DNA of 64,000 nt, taken from Promethearchaeota archaeon. GTDB taxonomy: Archaea; Asgardarchaeota; Lokiarchaeia; Sigyniarchaeales; SOKP01. The notes beneath the pieces were generated by a model. It saw only the letters and a program-made list of their open reading frames with translations, was not told where the DNA came from and ran no database searches. The DNA is taken from NCBI GenBank assembly GCA_016839555.1, contig JAEOUA010000008.1:160001-224000 (forward strand), given 5' to 3'. Position 1 is the first letter of the stretch, and each line of letters begins with the position of its first letter. Shown here piece after piece: positions 20,241-31,339 of this stretch. A program made the translations under genes and the position numbers.

Positions 20241-20642
20241 CTAATGTTGTTTTCTAATAATGTCGTCGATAACTTTTTGTAATTTATCAACCTTCTTATC
20301 TTGTTCATCCTCTTCTGCATTTTCTGTTTTTTCCTTTTTGTTGTGCTCATTAGCTTCAAATTCTTTTCCGACTATCGGGATTTTAATATCAGGAATAATA
20401 AACATTATCGCTAACAATATAATTGATAAAGCTAATGTCGAAAAATAAAATAATTCATATATTACATTTTGAATGTTTATATTATGGCTGATATATAGAT
20501 ACAAAGAAGGTGTTATGAAAATAAGTAAAAAATATTTAAAATAGGGGATTTTAATATCATTTTTCCATATTATAAAATAGATTGGGATAATAAAATGTAA
20601 TAAAGATAATACTAATTTTAATTCAGGAATATTTTCGAACAT
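20241..20642 (-). CDS. Small membrane protein with charged C-terminal tail
   Basis: Three TM segments then E/K-rich tail. Confidence 0.65.
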   Translation of the reverse strand: MFENIPELKLVLSLLHFIIPIYFIIWKNDIKIPYFKYFLLIFITPSLYLYISHNINIQNVIYELFYFSTLALSIILLAIMFIIPDIKIPIVGKEFEANEHNKKEKTENAEEDEQDKKVDKLQKVIDDIIRKQH

Positions 20643-20780
20643 TTCTATTTTTTTTTAAAAAAAACTTAATAAAGATACCTTTTTTGTTTTCTTTTATCGT
20701 TTTTTTAATAAAAATTAGTAGACTTTATTAAACTATTTTAGGAATAACAAAAAATAATATAAATTTTATGAGGTAGGCAT

Positions 20781-21026
20781 ATGCAAAAGAAAGAAAAAAG
20801 AAGAAAATTATTAAAACGCTTTTTAAAAAATGAAAGAGGTTTAAACAACATCATAATCCCTATCATCGTCATTCTAGTCGGGATCATTGTTATCCTTTTT
20901 TTAATACTATGGATTTTTGATTTATGGGATCAAGTTGTAGCACGTTTTCAAGGTTATTTCGGCTTAAATTTAGTTTTTAATAGCGTTAAGATAATTGAAT
21001 CCTTTACAGTAATATTAATGTGGTGA
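20781..21026 (+). CDS. Putative type IV pilin (class III signal peptide)
   Basis: Basic leader ending KNERG followed by hydrophobic LNNIIIPIIVILVGIIVILFLILW; SD GAGGT upstream. Confidence 0.75.
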   Translation: MQKKEKRRKLLKRFLKNERGLNNIIIPIIVILVGIIVILFLILWIFDLWDQVVARFQGYFGLNLVFNSVKIIESFTVILMW

Positions 21027-21038
21027 ACCATTTAGAAG

Positions 21039-22625
21039 ATGAGGGGAAAGGGAAGTTTAAATAGATACATTAAGTTCATTAAGAAAATTGGAAAATACAA
21101 TATTCCATTAATGAGGTTTTTGTTGGATCTTGAAGAAGATTATCGATATCTGTATGAAAAATTATATAGTGTTACCGAGGAGCAGGTTGGAAAGGCAACT
21201 TTTATTGTTTTTTGTTTCATTTTTTTATTTTCTTTTATACCTTTTTTTTTAATAACGTTTATCTTAATTGGTATGATTTCATCTTCATTTTTCATTATCC
21301 TTTTATTACTCTTGACATTAAGTATGATACTTTCTACTGTTGTTGCATATTTTTTCAATACAATTTTGTTTAGAAGAATCAGAAGTGATGAAAAATCAAT
21401 AAATGCCTTAATATATTTATTAAGGATAAATTTCTCATTGTTTAAGTTAGTCGGCGATAAATCAGATTTGGGAATAATATTTACAAAACTTATAATTCAA
21501 TTTAAGCTTCCAATCTCTCATAGATTTAAGGAAATATTCTCAAAAATGTTAATCGGTCATAGTTTAGAGAATCAATTGAAATTATTGATTACACCAAGTT
21601 TGGATTTTAATTACTATATTAAGGATTTATTGTTAAGCAATTTCTCAATTGATGAACGCTACTTCGACGAATCCAAAGAAGAGAAGCATTTTAAGAAGGT
21701 GATTCGAAATCTCAAGGTTAAACTAGGGATAATGTTTTTTATTGGATTTTTTTTTCCAATAATTTTATGTGTTATTATTTTATTTGAACTAATTCCGTTG
21801 GTATATTCGATTTTTCTTTTACCTTTTATTATCTTATGTTTATTTTTTCTTTATCAAAAACTAATTAAGAATAATTCCTCTCTAATTGGTGTTGTAGATG
21901 GATTCAATTTGTATGAAAAGCAAAAATTTATAGAATTTTTAAAATTTTTAGAAACTTTAGCAGCTTTTTTATTAAAAAAGAGCCCCGAACTTTCCTTTGC
22001 TGAGGCTTGCTTCGCAATAAAACCGCGATTTAAAGTATTAAAGAAAATATTATCATACCAGACGGCAAGACTTTTGAGTTTACAAGTAACGTTAAAAAAT
22101 ATGATTAAGAGCCTTAAAACAGAACTTGAAGATAATCGTTACTCCATTTTAATGAATATTATTTATAAGATGATGATTAAGAGTTCTAAGGGAACCAGCG
22201 ATAAAATTAGGGATATATTAATAATCCTAAGAAGACATAAAAATCTTGAAGAAAGATTTTCAGAAATTATTAAATCGAATAAGATAATCGCTTTATTGCT
22301 TGTTTTTCTCTTTCCAATAATATTAGGTGCAATTGGGGGTTTCCTTCCTCTCTTTATGGCTGCTATAGAGATTTTGAGAGAATCTGATATTTTAGCATTG
22401 AATTCTTATACTAAAATAAGTTTTTTTGAATTAATTAAAATAAATGATGTTATTATGACATTTGTAATATTATTAGCCTGTACTCTGATAACCTCATATT
22501 TTTTTATGAAAATTGTTCGATATAAAAGGTTTAAGATAATTTTATTTTTAACATGTTTTATTTTCATAGTTTCCTTTTTGGTTATTTTATTCTTTACTTT
22601 TAATCTAGAAGAAATCTACGTTTAA
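21039..22625 (+). CDS. TadC/FlaJ (T2SS-F)-like pilus membrane platform protein
   Basis: Two cytoplasmic domains separated by TM clusters; SPELSF motif; follows the pilin. Confidence 0.7.
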   Translation: MRGKGSLNRYIKFIKKIGKYNIPLMRFLLDLEEDYRYLYEKLYSVTEEQVGKATFIVFCFIFLFSFIPFFLITFILIGMISSSFFIILLLLLTLSMILSTVVAYFFNTILFRRIRSDEKSINALIYLLRINFSLFKLVGDKSDLGIIFTKLIIQFKLPISHRFKEIFSKMLIGHSLENQLKLLITPSLDFNYYIKDLLLSNFSIDERYFDESKEEKHFKKVIRNLKVKLGIMFFIGFFFPIILCVIILFELIPLVYSIFLLPFIILCLFFLYQKLIKNNSSLIGVVDGFNLYEKQKFIEFLKFLETLAAFLLKKSPELSFAEACFAIKPRFKVLKKILSYQTARLLSLQVTLKNMIKSLKTELEDNRYSILMNIIYKMMIKSSKGTSDKIRDILIILRRHKNLEERFSEIIKSNKIIALLLVFLFPIILGAIGGFLPLFMAAIEILRESDILALNSYTKISFFELIKINDVIMTFVILLACTLITSYFFMKIVRYKRFKIILFLTCFIFIVSFLVILFFTFNLEEIYV

Positions 22626-23732
22626 TTGAAAAAACTCTTTTATACTTAGGATTTTTACTTGCTCTAATTGCTCTATATTGTCGTATTGAGTCTTTAATCT
22701 CCTCAGATGTTGTTGATTGAGAAATATAATATAGATTTTAAAAATGTTTTGCATCTCTAATATTTTTATTATTCTCTCTTCATTAAATTCATCGAGTAAT
22801 ACAATCATGATACCTTTTTCTATTATTAACGCGCTTTCATTTAGTACCTCATATTTAACATTTCTTGTCTCTAATCGTGATTTAATCTTTTTTAGTATCT
22901 CATCTAATTTAGGTTTATCTCGAAGACTAAAAACCTCAAGTGAGCTATTTTCTTTATTTAATTCGCCTCTATATTCCTCTAATAATGGTAAGCGCCATAA
23001 AACTCTTCCAATATCTCTCTCTTCGGGCTTTTTAAAGTGGAGTGCTTCGATTTTAAAGAAATCATTGACATAATTTTTGAGATTGTGGTTTTCACTTCGA
23101 ATCATGAAAGATTCGACTATATAAGGATAAAAAAAAAGAGATCCAATAAATTTAAAGGGTATTATTAATCTAATTGTTGATTTTTGACTTTTCAATAATT
23201 TTATTAAGTCTGAAAAAAAGTATGCGTTTTCATTCACTTTAGTTAATGTAAAATCGATATTGTAAAATCTAAAAAAAAACGATTTATCTTCTTCTTTTAT
23301 CTCAATTAAATCTTTAAATTTCTTTATCTCTGCTTTTGGTTTGATTTTATCCATATTGAGAATTTCTAAAAAATATAATTTAATCAAATTAGGGGGTATT
23401 GAATTTGAGGTAATTCCAGGTATGGCGTTAATTTTTGAATGTATTTGTCTATATTTCATTATGATTTCATTTTTATTTTTTTCTTTAAATCGGATAATTA
23501 TCAAGGGCGCATCTTGATCTGAAATATTGTATTCTAGCGAATAGGAGTCAAGGATACCTTGCATTAAAAATTCATTAAGAATCTCTATTATTTCTATGTA
23601 TCTTTCCGATTGAAGAAAATTTAAGGCAAAATATACTTTATCCTTAACACTCATAAAATACATTAAATCTTCCTCTATGTAATGAGAAGAAAATTTAAAT
23701 TTATTTTTCTTTTTTTTATGCAAATTCACCAC
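22605..23732 (-). CDS. Hypothetical soluble protein inside the pilus cluster
   Basis: 375-aa ORF with AGGT/GTG start context. Confidence 0.7.
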   Translation of the reverse strand: MVNLHKKKKNKFKFSSHYIEEDLMYFMSVKDKVYFALNFLQSERYIEIIEILNEFLMQGILDSYSLEYNISDQDAPLIIIRFKEKNKNEIIMKYRQIHSKINAIPGITSNSIPPNLIKLYFLEILNMDKIKPKAEIKKFKDLIEIKEEDKSFFFRFYNIDFTLTKVNENAYFFSDLIKLLKSQKSTIRLIIPFKFIGSLFFYPYIVESFMIRSENHNLKNYVNDFFKIEALHFKKPEERDIGRVLWRLPLLEEYRGELNKENSSLEVFSLRDKPKLDEILKKIKSRLETRNVKYEVLNESALIIEKGIMIVLLDEFNEERIIKILEMQNIFKIYIIFLNQQHLRRLKTQYDNIEQLEQVKILSIKEFFQLNVDFF

Positions 23733-23838
23733 CTTCTTTTAATATAAATGAAAATATTTAAGATCATTCGAAATTACCCTTATTCTTTGTTATAAAAAAC
23801 TATTTGTTTTTATAAATAGATTTAAAATAAGTACGAGA

Positions 23839-26532
23839 ATGTTATTTACCTCAATTAGATACTATTATTTGATAATATTAATAGGTATTCTCTTTTGTTC
23901 AGGTATTATATTTTACAAGAAAAAAAAGTATGAAAAAATATTTCGGTTTGGGAAATATTTAATTTTACTTACTCTATTTATATCTATTTTCATTTATTTA
24001 GAAGATTTAATTTCAGGCAACTTGACAGAGGGGCTGCAGATTATAATGAATTTAGAAATGATCTTAATCCTAATCTTGTACTCTTTAGAATTCTATATAA
24101 TTCATAAGCGTTCAGTAGGGGGTACTTATTATATTTATATAGCGATAATAATCATTTTATTTCACGTTGTGCTCTCCGGAATCCTATTGCCGTTTCCTGA
24201 ATCTACGTTCATGATTATTTTTTTATCTTTAATCATAAGTGTTTCATTAGCCAACCTATCGAAAGAGCAGAAACGGATCTTTCAAATTACATTAATTGGA
24301 TGGTATATATATTTAAACTATAAGTTTATAGGAATTAGTTATTATGAAATCATCTCATTAATAATTATCTTTGTTATATTGCTTGGATATAGACCTATAA
24401 TTAATTATATAATTCATTTTTATCATACTCTCATTATTTTATTGATTGGACCTTTTATCAAATTAAAATCCCTAAACAATAAAACATCTAAGAAAAGTAA
24501 ATTATATAAACACAAGGGAAATCATTATTTAACTACTGTTGAAATTACACAAATAGGCAAAGTAACAAATGAAGATCAAAAAAAGAAACAGAAAATAGCA
24601 ACATGGTTAAAAGATTATTTTCGAGTATTGAAAGCGAATCGTGTGCAAATTAATTTAAAAAAAGGACGGTTCGAATTCAAATTTATCATTTTAACCGAGA
24701 CGGAAAAGGAAGGAATAATGAAGGGGAATAAAATCCTAACCGACTTAGAATCAGAGTATCCGGGATTAGACGGAAAAGTGTCCATAAGGCCTTTTAGAAA
24801 AAGTGAACTATATATGAAAGAGCGATGGTATAGACTAAGGATTCCCAAACCGCCATATGAAACACGATTTGAATTAATTAATCACTTGATCACAATATTT
24901 GAAAAAAAGAATATAGACCTTAAAATATCTTTAATTTGGAAAAAAGCACCTGAGAGAAAGGTGCCAGAGATGAAGGCAAGAGTTCTTGCAATGAAATACA
25001 AGGATAAAAATGAGAAAGAGAATTTCATTCGCATGTGGAGAAGAGAATTGTTTTATATGGGGATTTATATAAATTATAATATTAATGGAAATAATGCATA
25101 TGATGAGTTTGAAATTGAGGGGATTTTAAAAAGTTTAGAAATATCAATCAGAAATACTAAAAAAGTTGGTAAAATTAAAAAAGTGAGCTGTGGAACTAGG
25201 GCTGATTTCTATCGTGGGATTATTCCCCACGGAAATTATCTTACTCCACTAACATTTGATTTTACATTCACAGAGAAAATGCCTATACACACACCTCGTG
25301 GATTGAAGAATCAAACTATCAATTTTAGAAATCATACTGAAAATAGTTCCCGAATTCCTATTGGATATTGGATTAATAAGTATGGCAAGGTTACGGAAAA
25401 GTTAATATATCTAAATGTCGATGATCTTGATCAGGGCTTATTAATTGTAGGTAAGACTGGTTCGGGAAAAACTTATGTAATGGGTAATATTAATAAGCAT
25501 ATTAGGGAAAAGAGACCTGAAGTAGGGATTTTAGTTATAAACTATAAGAGAGAGATTGAAGAAAATATATATTCCGCCGAAAGACAATACACTTATGGTA
25601 AGAATTTGAAAGTTCCATACATGTACCCTGTTGACGCAAGCCTACTTGAAAAACATATCTCTGAAACATCTAAAGGCATTATGGGGGCACTTGGCTTCCA
25701 GCAGGAAGCATTCTATGCATGTTCGCAAGAATTAATGGATTATATTATAAAAAACAAATGTCCACCAAGCTCAATAAGGGAGCTTTTAAAATTGACAAGA
25801 GCTTATTTCTTTAAAGAGAAGAGCTCCTACGATATTAAATATCAAAATAGAATTACATCAGCTATTTACACTCGTTTGAATTTTAATCTGAATAAAACAG
25901 TGGAGGATATTCTTAATCCATTCAATGAAGCTTTATGGTATGAGGAATGGATTAGTGGAAAAACAGTTCAAATTAACTTAGTGAATTGTAATGATTGGAT
26001 TCAGAGACTTCTCACTATTCTCATTTTGCTGACAATAAAAACGCTTACACCTAATAAAGTTGAAGATTCGAACTTAAAATTAATTGAAATCGATGAGGCT
26101 CATCGAATAATAGGGAAAAATCCCGATGAGAGAGATCCAGAAAATGATGAATTCATCGCCTCCAAGAGAGTGGGAGAGCTTTTTCACGATTTAGCAGAAG
26201 AGTATCGGGATAGATTCATTAGTTTTATCACTGCTGATCAACAAGCGCACAAGCTTCGTGATACAGCAATTTCCTCTCCAAGTTCCAAGATAATATTAGC
26301 GCAAGATTTACTTAGTATTAAAAGATTAGCGTCAGATCCATCTCAAATTGAATATATGAAGCGTATGGAAAATAGGATAGCGATTTTTGATTCAAATTCA
26401 ACAGGGGACCTAATCTCTTTTAAAACAATAGATTTTACTCCTACTAATTCTACATCTCTCTGTTTAAAGTGTGGAGAAATTAATGAGGAGAGTGCTAAAT
26501 TTTGCTCCCAATGCGGTTCAAAGATTAATTAA
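23839..26532 (+). CDS. Membrane-anchored HerA/VirB4/VirD4-like ATPase with C-terminal zinc ribbon
   Basis: ~7 N-terminal TM segments; Walker A GKTGSGKT; Walker B IEIDEAH; R..F...TADQ motif; CLKC..CSQCG. Confidence 0.85.
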   Translation: MLFTSIRYYYLIILIGILFCSGIIFYKKKKYEKIFRFGKYLILLTLFISIFIYLEDLISGNLTEGLQIIMNLEMILILILYSLEFYIIHKRSVGGTYYIYIAIIIILFHVVLSGILLPFPESTFMIIFLSLIISVSLANLSKEQKRIFQITLIGWYIYLNYKFIGISYYEIISLIIIFVILLGYRPIINYIIHFYHTLIILLIGPFIKLKSLNNKTSKKSKLYKHKGNHYLTTVEITQIGKVTNEDQKKKQKIATWLKDYFRVLKANRVQINLKKGRFEFKFIILTETEKEGIMKGNKILTDLESEYPGLDGKVSIRPFRKSELYMKERWYRLRIPKPPYETRFELINHLITIFEKKNIDLKISLIWKKAPERKVPEMKARVLAMKYKDKNEKENFIRMWRRELFYMGIYINYNINGNNAYDEFEIEGILKSLEISIRNTKKVGKIKKVSCGTRADFYRGIIPHGNYLTPLTFDFTFTEKMPIHTPRGLKNQTINFRNHTENSSRIPIGYWINKYGKVTEKLIYLNVDDLDQGLLIVGKTGSGKTYVMGNINKHIREKRPEVGILVINYKREIEENIYSAERQYTYGKNLKVPYMYPVDASLLEKHISETSKGIMGALGFQQEAFYACSQELMDYIIKNKCPPSSIRELLKLTRAYFFKEKSSYDIKYQNRITSAIYTRLNFNLNKTVEDILNPFNEALWYEEWISGKTVQINLVNCNDWIQRLLTILILLTIKTLTPNKVEDSNLKLIEIDEAHRIIGKNPDERDPENDEFIASKRVGELFHDLAEEYRDRFISFITADQQAHKLRDTAISSPSSKIILAQDLLSIKRLASDPSQIEYMKRMENRIAIFDSNSTGDLISFKTIDFTPTNSTSLCLKCGEINEESAKFCSQCGSKIN

Positions 26533-26684
26533 AGAGCCTCTTTTCTGGTAATGCGATTAAGGATAACTTTACTAATTTATAATACTATTTATACTAAAGT
26601 TAGCAAGTAGTCTAACGATTTTTTATATAAATCATTATTATATGGTATTTTATAAACTTTTTTTTAAATTAATATAGAGTAAAA

Positions 26685-27689
26685 ATGGTAAAATCATTAA
26701 ATAATAAGAGTAGGAATAGAATAAATAAGAATAATACTAAGAATTTTTCTAAAGAAAAGAGTAAAAAAGATACAAAATCTCTAGTCAAGAAATATAGCAG
26801 AAAAAATGGTATTGTTAAAAGAGAAAAGAAACTATTAAAAAAATTAAACAGGAATTTGGCGATAAAACAAGATTCTTATGAGAAATTTGCGAAAACAGGT
26901 CATTATTTGAATAATAAAAATAAGGAAAATCAAGATTTAAAAGATATTATTAAAACACAAGACCATGTAAAACAAATTGAAGAAAATTTAAGAAAGCGTA
27001 ATGTTGAATTAAAAGACATTGAAAGTGTGATAAAGCGGAACGATAAACAATATAATCAAAGGGAAAAAAGGATTGAAAAGATTAATACAAAAATAAAAGG
27101 ACAAAAAGAATTATTAAATAAAGAGAATAATATACCTAAAGAAAAACTTTCTATTAAGGAAAACATTAAGAGAACTGAGAAGGAGATAAATAAATTAAGA
27201 TGGGATCTTTCGAGAAAGAAATTTGAATTAAATTCAATAAAGCAAGACGGTGCTAAAGAGATGATAGAAAAAAAGGAGGGTGAAATCTCAGAATTAAAAA
27301 AGAAATTACGGGCAAAAGAATCCAATTTAGCAAAAATAAAGGAGCAAATAAAGGAAAAGAAAGAAAAAAAAAATAAGGAAGGAGATACTAAGCAAGAAAA
27401 AGAAAAAAAGGGGATAGATGAGGAGATTAAAAAAAAATTAGAGGGGATAGATGAGGAGGTAAAAAAAAAATTAGAGGATTCTATTAGAAGGCTAGAAAAT
27501 AGTATAGGTCGTTTAAATGAGGATACTAAGGATAAAATCGCTGAACTTTTCGACAAACTTAAAAATTTGGAACTCAAAGAGTCTGATGATGAAAATGAAT
27601 TTTTGCGTCAGGTTATTCAATGGTTAATAAATAAAGAAGATTCTAATAAAATTACTGTTACTGCCGAAAAAAAGAATTCCTATTTATAA
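26685..27689 (+). CDS. Basic coiled-coil protein
   Basis: K/E-rich heptads across 334 aa. Confidence 0.7.
   Translation: MVKSLNNKSRNRINKNNTKNFSKEKSKKDTKSLVKKYSRKNGIVKREKKLLKKLNRNLAIKQDSYEKFAKTGHYLNNKNKENQDLKDIIKTQDHVKQIEENLRKRNVELKDIESVIKRNDKQYNQREKRIEKINTKIKGQKELLNKENNIPKEKLSIKENIKRTEKEINKLRWDLSRKKFELNSIKQDGAKEMIEKKEGEISELKKKLRAKESNLAKIKEQIKEKKEKKNKEGDTKQEKEKKGIDEEIKKKLEGIDEEVKKKLEDSIRRLENSIGRLNEDTKDKIAELFDKLKNLELKESDDENEFLRQVIQWLINKEDSNKITVTAEKKNSYL
27411..27476 (+). repeat. 33-bp tandem duplication encoding GIDEE[I/V]KKKLE twice
   Basis: gggatagatgaggagattaaaaaaaaattagag / gggatagatgaggaggtaaaaaaaaaattagag. Confidence 0.9.
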
Positions 27690-27774
27690 TTTAAGATATT
27701 ACGGGCTATGAAGAATTGAAGTAAAACTAATTAAAATAGGTAGTTTTTATAACTATTTTCGAAATTACATTTAT

Positions 27775-28185
27775 ATGAAGGTAATTGAAAAGATTTTATT
27801 AATTATAGCAGGTATATTAATTTTTATTCCGTTTTTTGCATTCATTATGCCTGAAATTAATAGAGCATTTAGTTATTCCAAAGAAGTAAATAATTTAGAT
27901 AATTCTTTATTTATAGTTCAAGATATTAATAATGGAATAAATTTTGTGAATCAAAACAGAAATCACACATATTCACATCAAATTACAATGCTTGGTAATT
28001 TAAAAATAGATATTCAAGAAAATCGAATTAATTATATATTTTTAATTGAAAAATTAATAATAATACCGAAAGATTATCCCATTAATTTAAGACCTGCAGA
28101 ATATCTCTTGGTTTCGTACTGTTCGTATCAATTAAATATTTATTTTGATAATAACTCAAATGAGATTGTTGTTGATATTTTTTAA
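27775..28185 (+). CDS. N-terminally anchored protein, possible minor pilin
   Basis: N-terminal hydrophobic helix, amphipathic helix, then beta-rich domain; directly upstream of the secretion ATPase. Confidence 0.55.
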   Translation: MKVIEKILLIIAGILIFIPFFAFIMPEINRAFSYSKEVNNLDNSLFIVQDINNGINFVNQNRNHTYSHQITMLGNLKIDIQENRINYIFLIEKLIIIPKDYPINLRPAEYLLVSYCSYQLNIYFDNNSNEIVVDIF

Positions 28186-28235
28186 ATTTATAATAATAAT
28201 TAAAAGTTAATAAAAAGAGTGCGAAATTTTTTAAA

Positions 28236-30407
28236 ATGACTTCAAATATCCAAAATATTAAAAATTTAGATGGGTCAAAAGAGAAAGTTCTAAGAATTGA
28301 ATGTAGAAATTGTTATCTATATAAAAAGGGATTTATTGATAGTAAAAAGTGTTATTATTGTCTATTTAATCACATAAAAAACAATGTAAAAAATAGGTTT
28401 TCAGATATATATATAGAATCGTTAAATGATTCGATACCAAAGTCCGCAACCCTTATATTTAAGGATTATTTCAAACAAACCAAAAGAATAGGAAAAATTA
28501 GAAATCGAATAATAGAATTAAGAGAAAAGGAATGCATTTATAGTGATTTTTCATGCAAATTACCAGATTCAAAAAAGTTATTTCTCTCAAATGAAGGTGA
28601 ATTACTTGATCCTATCGAGACTTATATTAATTTAAGTTCTATTTTAAATAACTTAGAAAGTTTTAATATACAAGATTCTAATTGTATTAATTGTAAAGAA
28701 GAAATCAGATCATATCTCATAGATATTTTAGATATATTCGAATCTACTCTTATTGTAAATTCTTATAACTCGTTTCAAGGTAAAAAACCTCTCTATTTTT
28801 ATGAATACATAATAACTAAGTCTCATTCACCTGAAAAGGTGAGAAAGTCCAGCAATGTTTCTTATTTTCATGATTTCTCAAAAGACTCAGAAAGAGAATT
28901 AATTGATACATATACAACTCAGAATGAAATTTATAGAGTAAATATATTTACGCTAAAAGAAATGAAAGAGAAATATTATGAATATTATTTAAACTATGAG
29001 AAAACTGAGAAATCTTATTATACAAAAATTGTTACGGATATTCTAAATAAAATCGAACTCTTATATTTTGACGAAATTGTTGATCTTGAAACCCTAATAA
29101 AACTATATAAAAAAGAAGTGATAAGAATTCTTGAAAATAATTATACAATTGATTCGGATATGAAAGAAAAGCTTTCCCTCTATATAACAATCCAATATAT
29201 TAACCTAGGTAAGATTTTTCCTCTACTAATTGATGATTTTATAGAGGAGATCTTTTTAGACGGTCCGGATGGGGCAATATATTTAAATCATCAACGATTT
29301 GGTAGATGTCGAAGCTCTATATTATTTAATAGAGATGATATAGAACGAATTATTACCTTGCTTAGATTATATAGCGGGCAAAAGCTTGATTACTCGACTC
29401 CTACATTGAAATGTGTTATTAAAAATAAATATTTTTATTCAAGGTTTTCAATTGATATAAAACCAATAAATGTAGCAGATTATTCATTGGACATAAGAAA
29501 GTTAGATAAGAATATATTGAATGTGCAAGATTTATTAAAATTTAATACTTTAAGTCCGGATATCGCATCATTTTTATATTTCTGCATTTTGCTTAGAGTA
29601 AACATCACAGTTACAGGGGAAACAGATACAGGAAAAACTACATTAATAAACGCCCTCGATTTTATAAGCCCATTAGAGTTTCGAAAGATTTATGTAGAAA
29701 ACATTGTTGAATCCCTCGATCAATTTACATTTGGAAAACATCAATTAAAATTTCATGCTGATGCCTTAGAAGATAATGAAAACGGATATACAAAAAGTAA
29801 ACATATAAAAACTCTTTTACATCGCACGCCAGATATTATCTTTCTTGGGGAAATTCTTACAGAAGAACAATCGAAAGCCCTATTTCATTGCTTAGAGGCA
29901 GGCCTAAAGGGATTTCAAACGATTCATTCTAACAGTATTTCGTCGCTTTTAAGACGATTTCTTGATACTTTCCACATAACTAAATCCCAACTTGATGATT
30001 TAGGTTTAGTGATATTAATGAGTCGTGATCAAGAAAGAAATCGAAGAATAGTATCAATTGTAGAAATAGATACGCTTAACCACTCTTTTAGTAATTTTAT
30101 TCAAGAAATCTTTAAATATAATCCCACGGAAGATAAGTGGGAATTAAAAAGAAACCTGTACGAATTAAAAACTGTTAAAAATCTGTGCAAATATGAATCT
30201 ATATCTGAAAAAAAATTCATTGAATATTTTACCCTTTATTCTGATATATTTGAATTTTTAGCTAATAGCAGAAAAATATCAAATCAAAAATTAATTCAAT
30301 TTTTTACTAAATTATCTTACTATTCCTCCAATCCTATGAGAGCAAGCAATTTTTGGGAAGATTGGAAGAAAAATAATAAATTCTTTGTAGAATCTAATAA
30401 TACTTAA
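28236..30407 (+). CDS. Type II/IV secretion ATPase (FlaI/TadA/VirB11-like) with Cys-rich N-terminus
   Basis: PLLIDDFIEEIFLDG, Walker A GETDTGKTT, HRTPDIIFLGE, FQTIH, RRIVSIVEI; CxxC clusters at N-terminus. Confidence 0.93.
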   Translation: MTSNIQNIKNLDGSKEKVLRIECRNCYLYKKGFIDSKKCYYCLFNHIKNNVKNRFSDIYIESLNDSIPKSATLIFKDYFKQTKRIGKIRNRIIELREKECIYSDFSCKLPDSKKLFLSNEGELLDPIETYINLSSILNNLESFNIQDSNCINCKEEIRSYLIDILDIFESTLIVNSYNSFQGKKPLYFYEYIITKSHSPEKVRKSSNVSYFHDFSKDSERELIDTYTTQNEIYRVNIFTLKEMKEKYYEYYLNYEKTEKSYYTKIVTDILNKIELLYFDEIVDLETLIKLYKKEVIRILENNYTIDSDMKEKLSLYITIQYINLGKIFPLLIDDFIEEIFLDGPDGAIYLNHQRFGRCRSSILFNRDDIERIITLLRLYSGQKLDYSTPTLKCVIKNKYFYSRFSIDIKPINVADYSLDIRKLDKNILNVQDLLKFNTLSPDIASFLYFCILLRVNITVTGETDTGKTTLINALDFISPLEFRKIYVENIVESLDQFTFGKHQLKFHADALEDNENGYTKSKHIKTLLHRTPDIIFLGEILTEEQSKALFHCLEAGLKGFQTIHSNSISSLLRRFLDTFHITKSQLDDLGLVILMSRDQERNRRIVSIVEIDTLNHSFSNFIQEIFKYNPTEDKWELKRNLYELKTVKNLCKYESISEKKFIEYFTLYSDIFEFLANSRKISNQKLIQFFTKLSYYSSNPMRASNFWEDWKKNNKFFVESNNT

Positions 30408-30432
30408 AAAAAATTGAGAGAGTGATTCTAAT

Positions 30433-30732
30433 TTGGATATTTTTAGTCTGATATTATTTCCGATATTTTTCTTTTTCTTCCTTAAAATCATAATATTTTT
30501 ATTTAATTTGCTTGTGTCTGAGCCATTCCCTCAAATGATAGCTTTCTTGCTATATATTATTCTTTTGTTTCCCTTTTACTATATTTTTATTCAATTTAGA
30601 ATTGTGATTGGCGATGATATCAATTATAATTTTATTTTTAAATTACTTTATACTCTAGCTATGATAGTTGATATATTCATTGTTATTGTTAATATTGTTT
30701 TAATTCTTTATGGGTTAGTTATGAATCCATGA
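30433..30732 (+). CDS. Small membrane protein
   Basis: Three TM segments, downstream of the ATPase. Confidence 0.6.
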   Translation: MDIFSLILFPIFFFFFLKIIIFLFNLLVSEPFPQMIAFLLYIILLFPFYYIFIQFRIVIGDDINYNFIFKLLYTLAMIVDIFIVIVNIVLILYGLVMNP

Positions 30733-31339
30733 ATTAACAGGAATTAGAAAATAAAAAATATTATTAATCTTATGATAATTAAAAATTATTTGCCTAATTC
30801 AAATGAACTAATAAAACTTGAATTTATCGCCAATCTTCATGTTTAATTGTTTGAATTTTTAAATTACGTTAAATGTTTCATTTTATTTTTATCCCTAAAG
30901 GTATAGCAATACATAGATTTAAATAAAAAGCTTTATAATGAATAATTGACAGAACAATAAAATTTGTAAGGTTGTGTCAGGAAATGGATAACCTTGCTGA
31001 GATTCCCAGATTTTTGTCTTTTGGTGATCTACTTAATATTCTCATATATAAAGTAGCAATCTTATTATCTTAACCTTTTATATTATAATCTTAAGCGAGG
31101 ATATCTATTTCTTGCTCCTTTTTCTTAAAGAGGCTCAAATAAGATTAGAGGAATCAAGAAGGGGTTCTCAATATTAATTGTCACTTTTTTCAAATAAATG
31201 ATTTTAATTCTCTAATTCCAAATATAAAAGCGAATTTTAATCTTTAAAAAGATGTTAACTTCTTTTTTGATGAAATTTATTTTTTTACTTGAATCTGATA
31301 GATTTTTTTAAAAAAAAAAGTTAAAAATGAAAAAAGGAG

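Noticed and set aside
27056-27577. Antisense ORF-track entries (this one, 6272-6568, 10538-10846, 11714-12154, 12751-13083, 22744-23073 and similar)
   Set aside because: Shadow frames of well-supported genes on the opposite strand with F/S/L/I-biased composition
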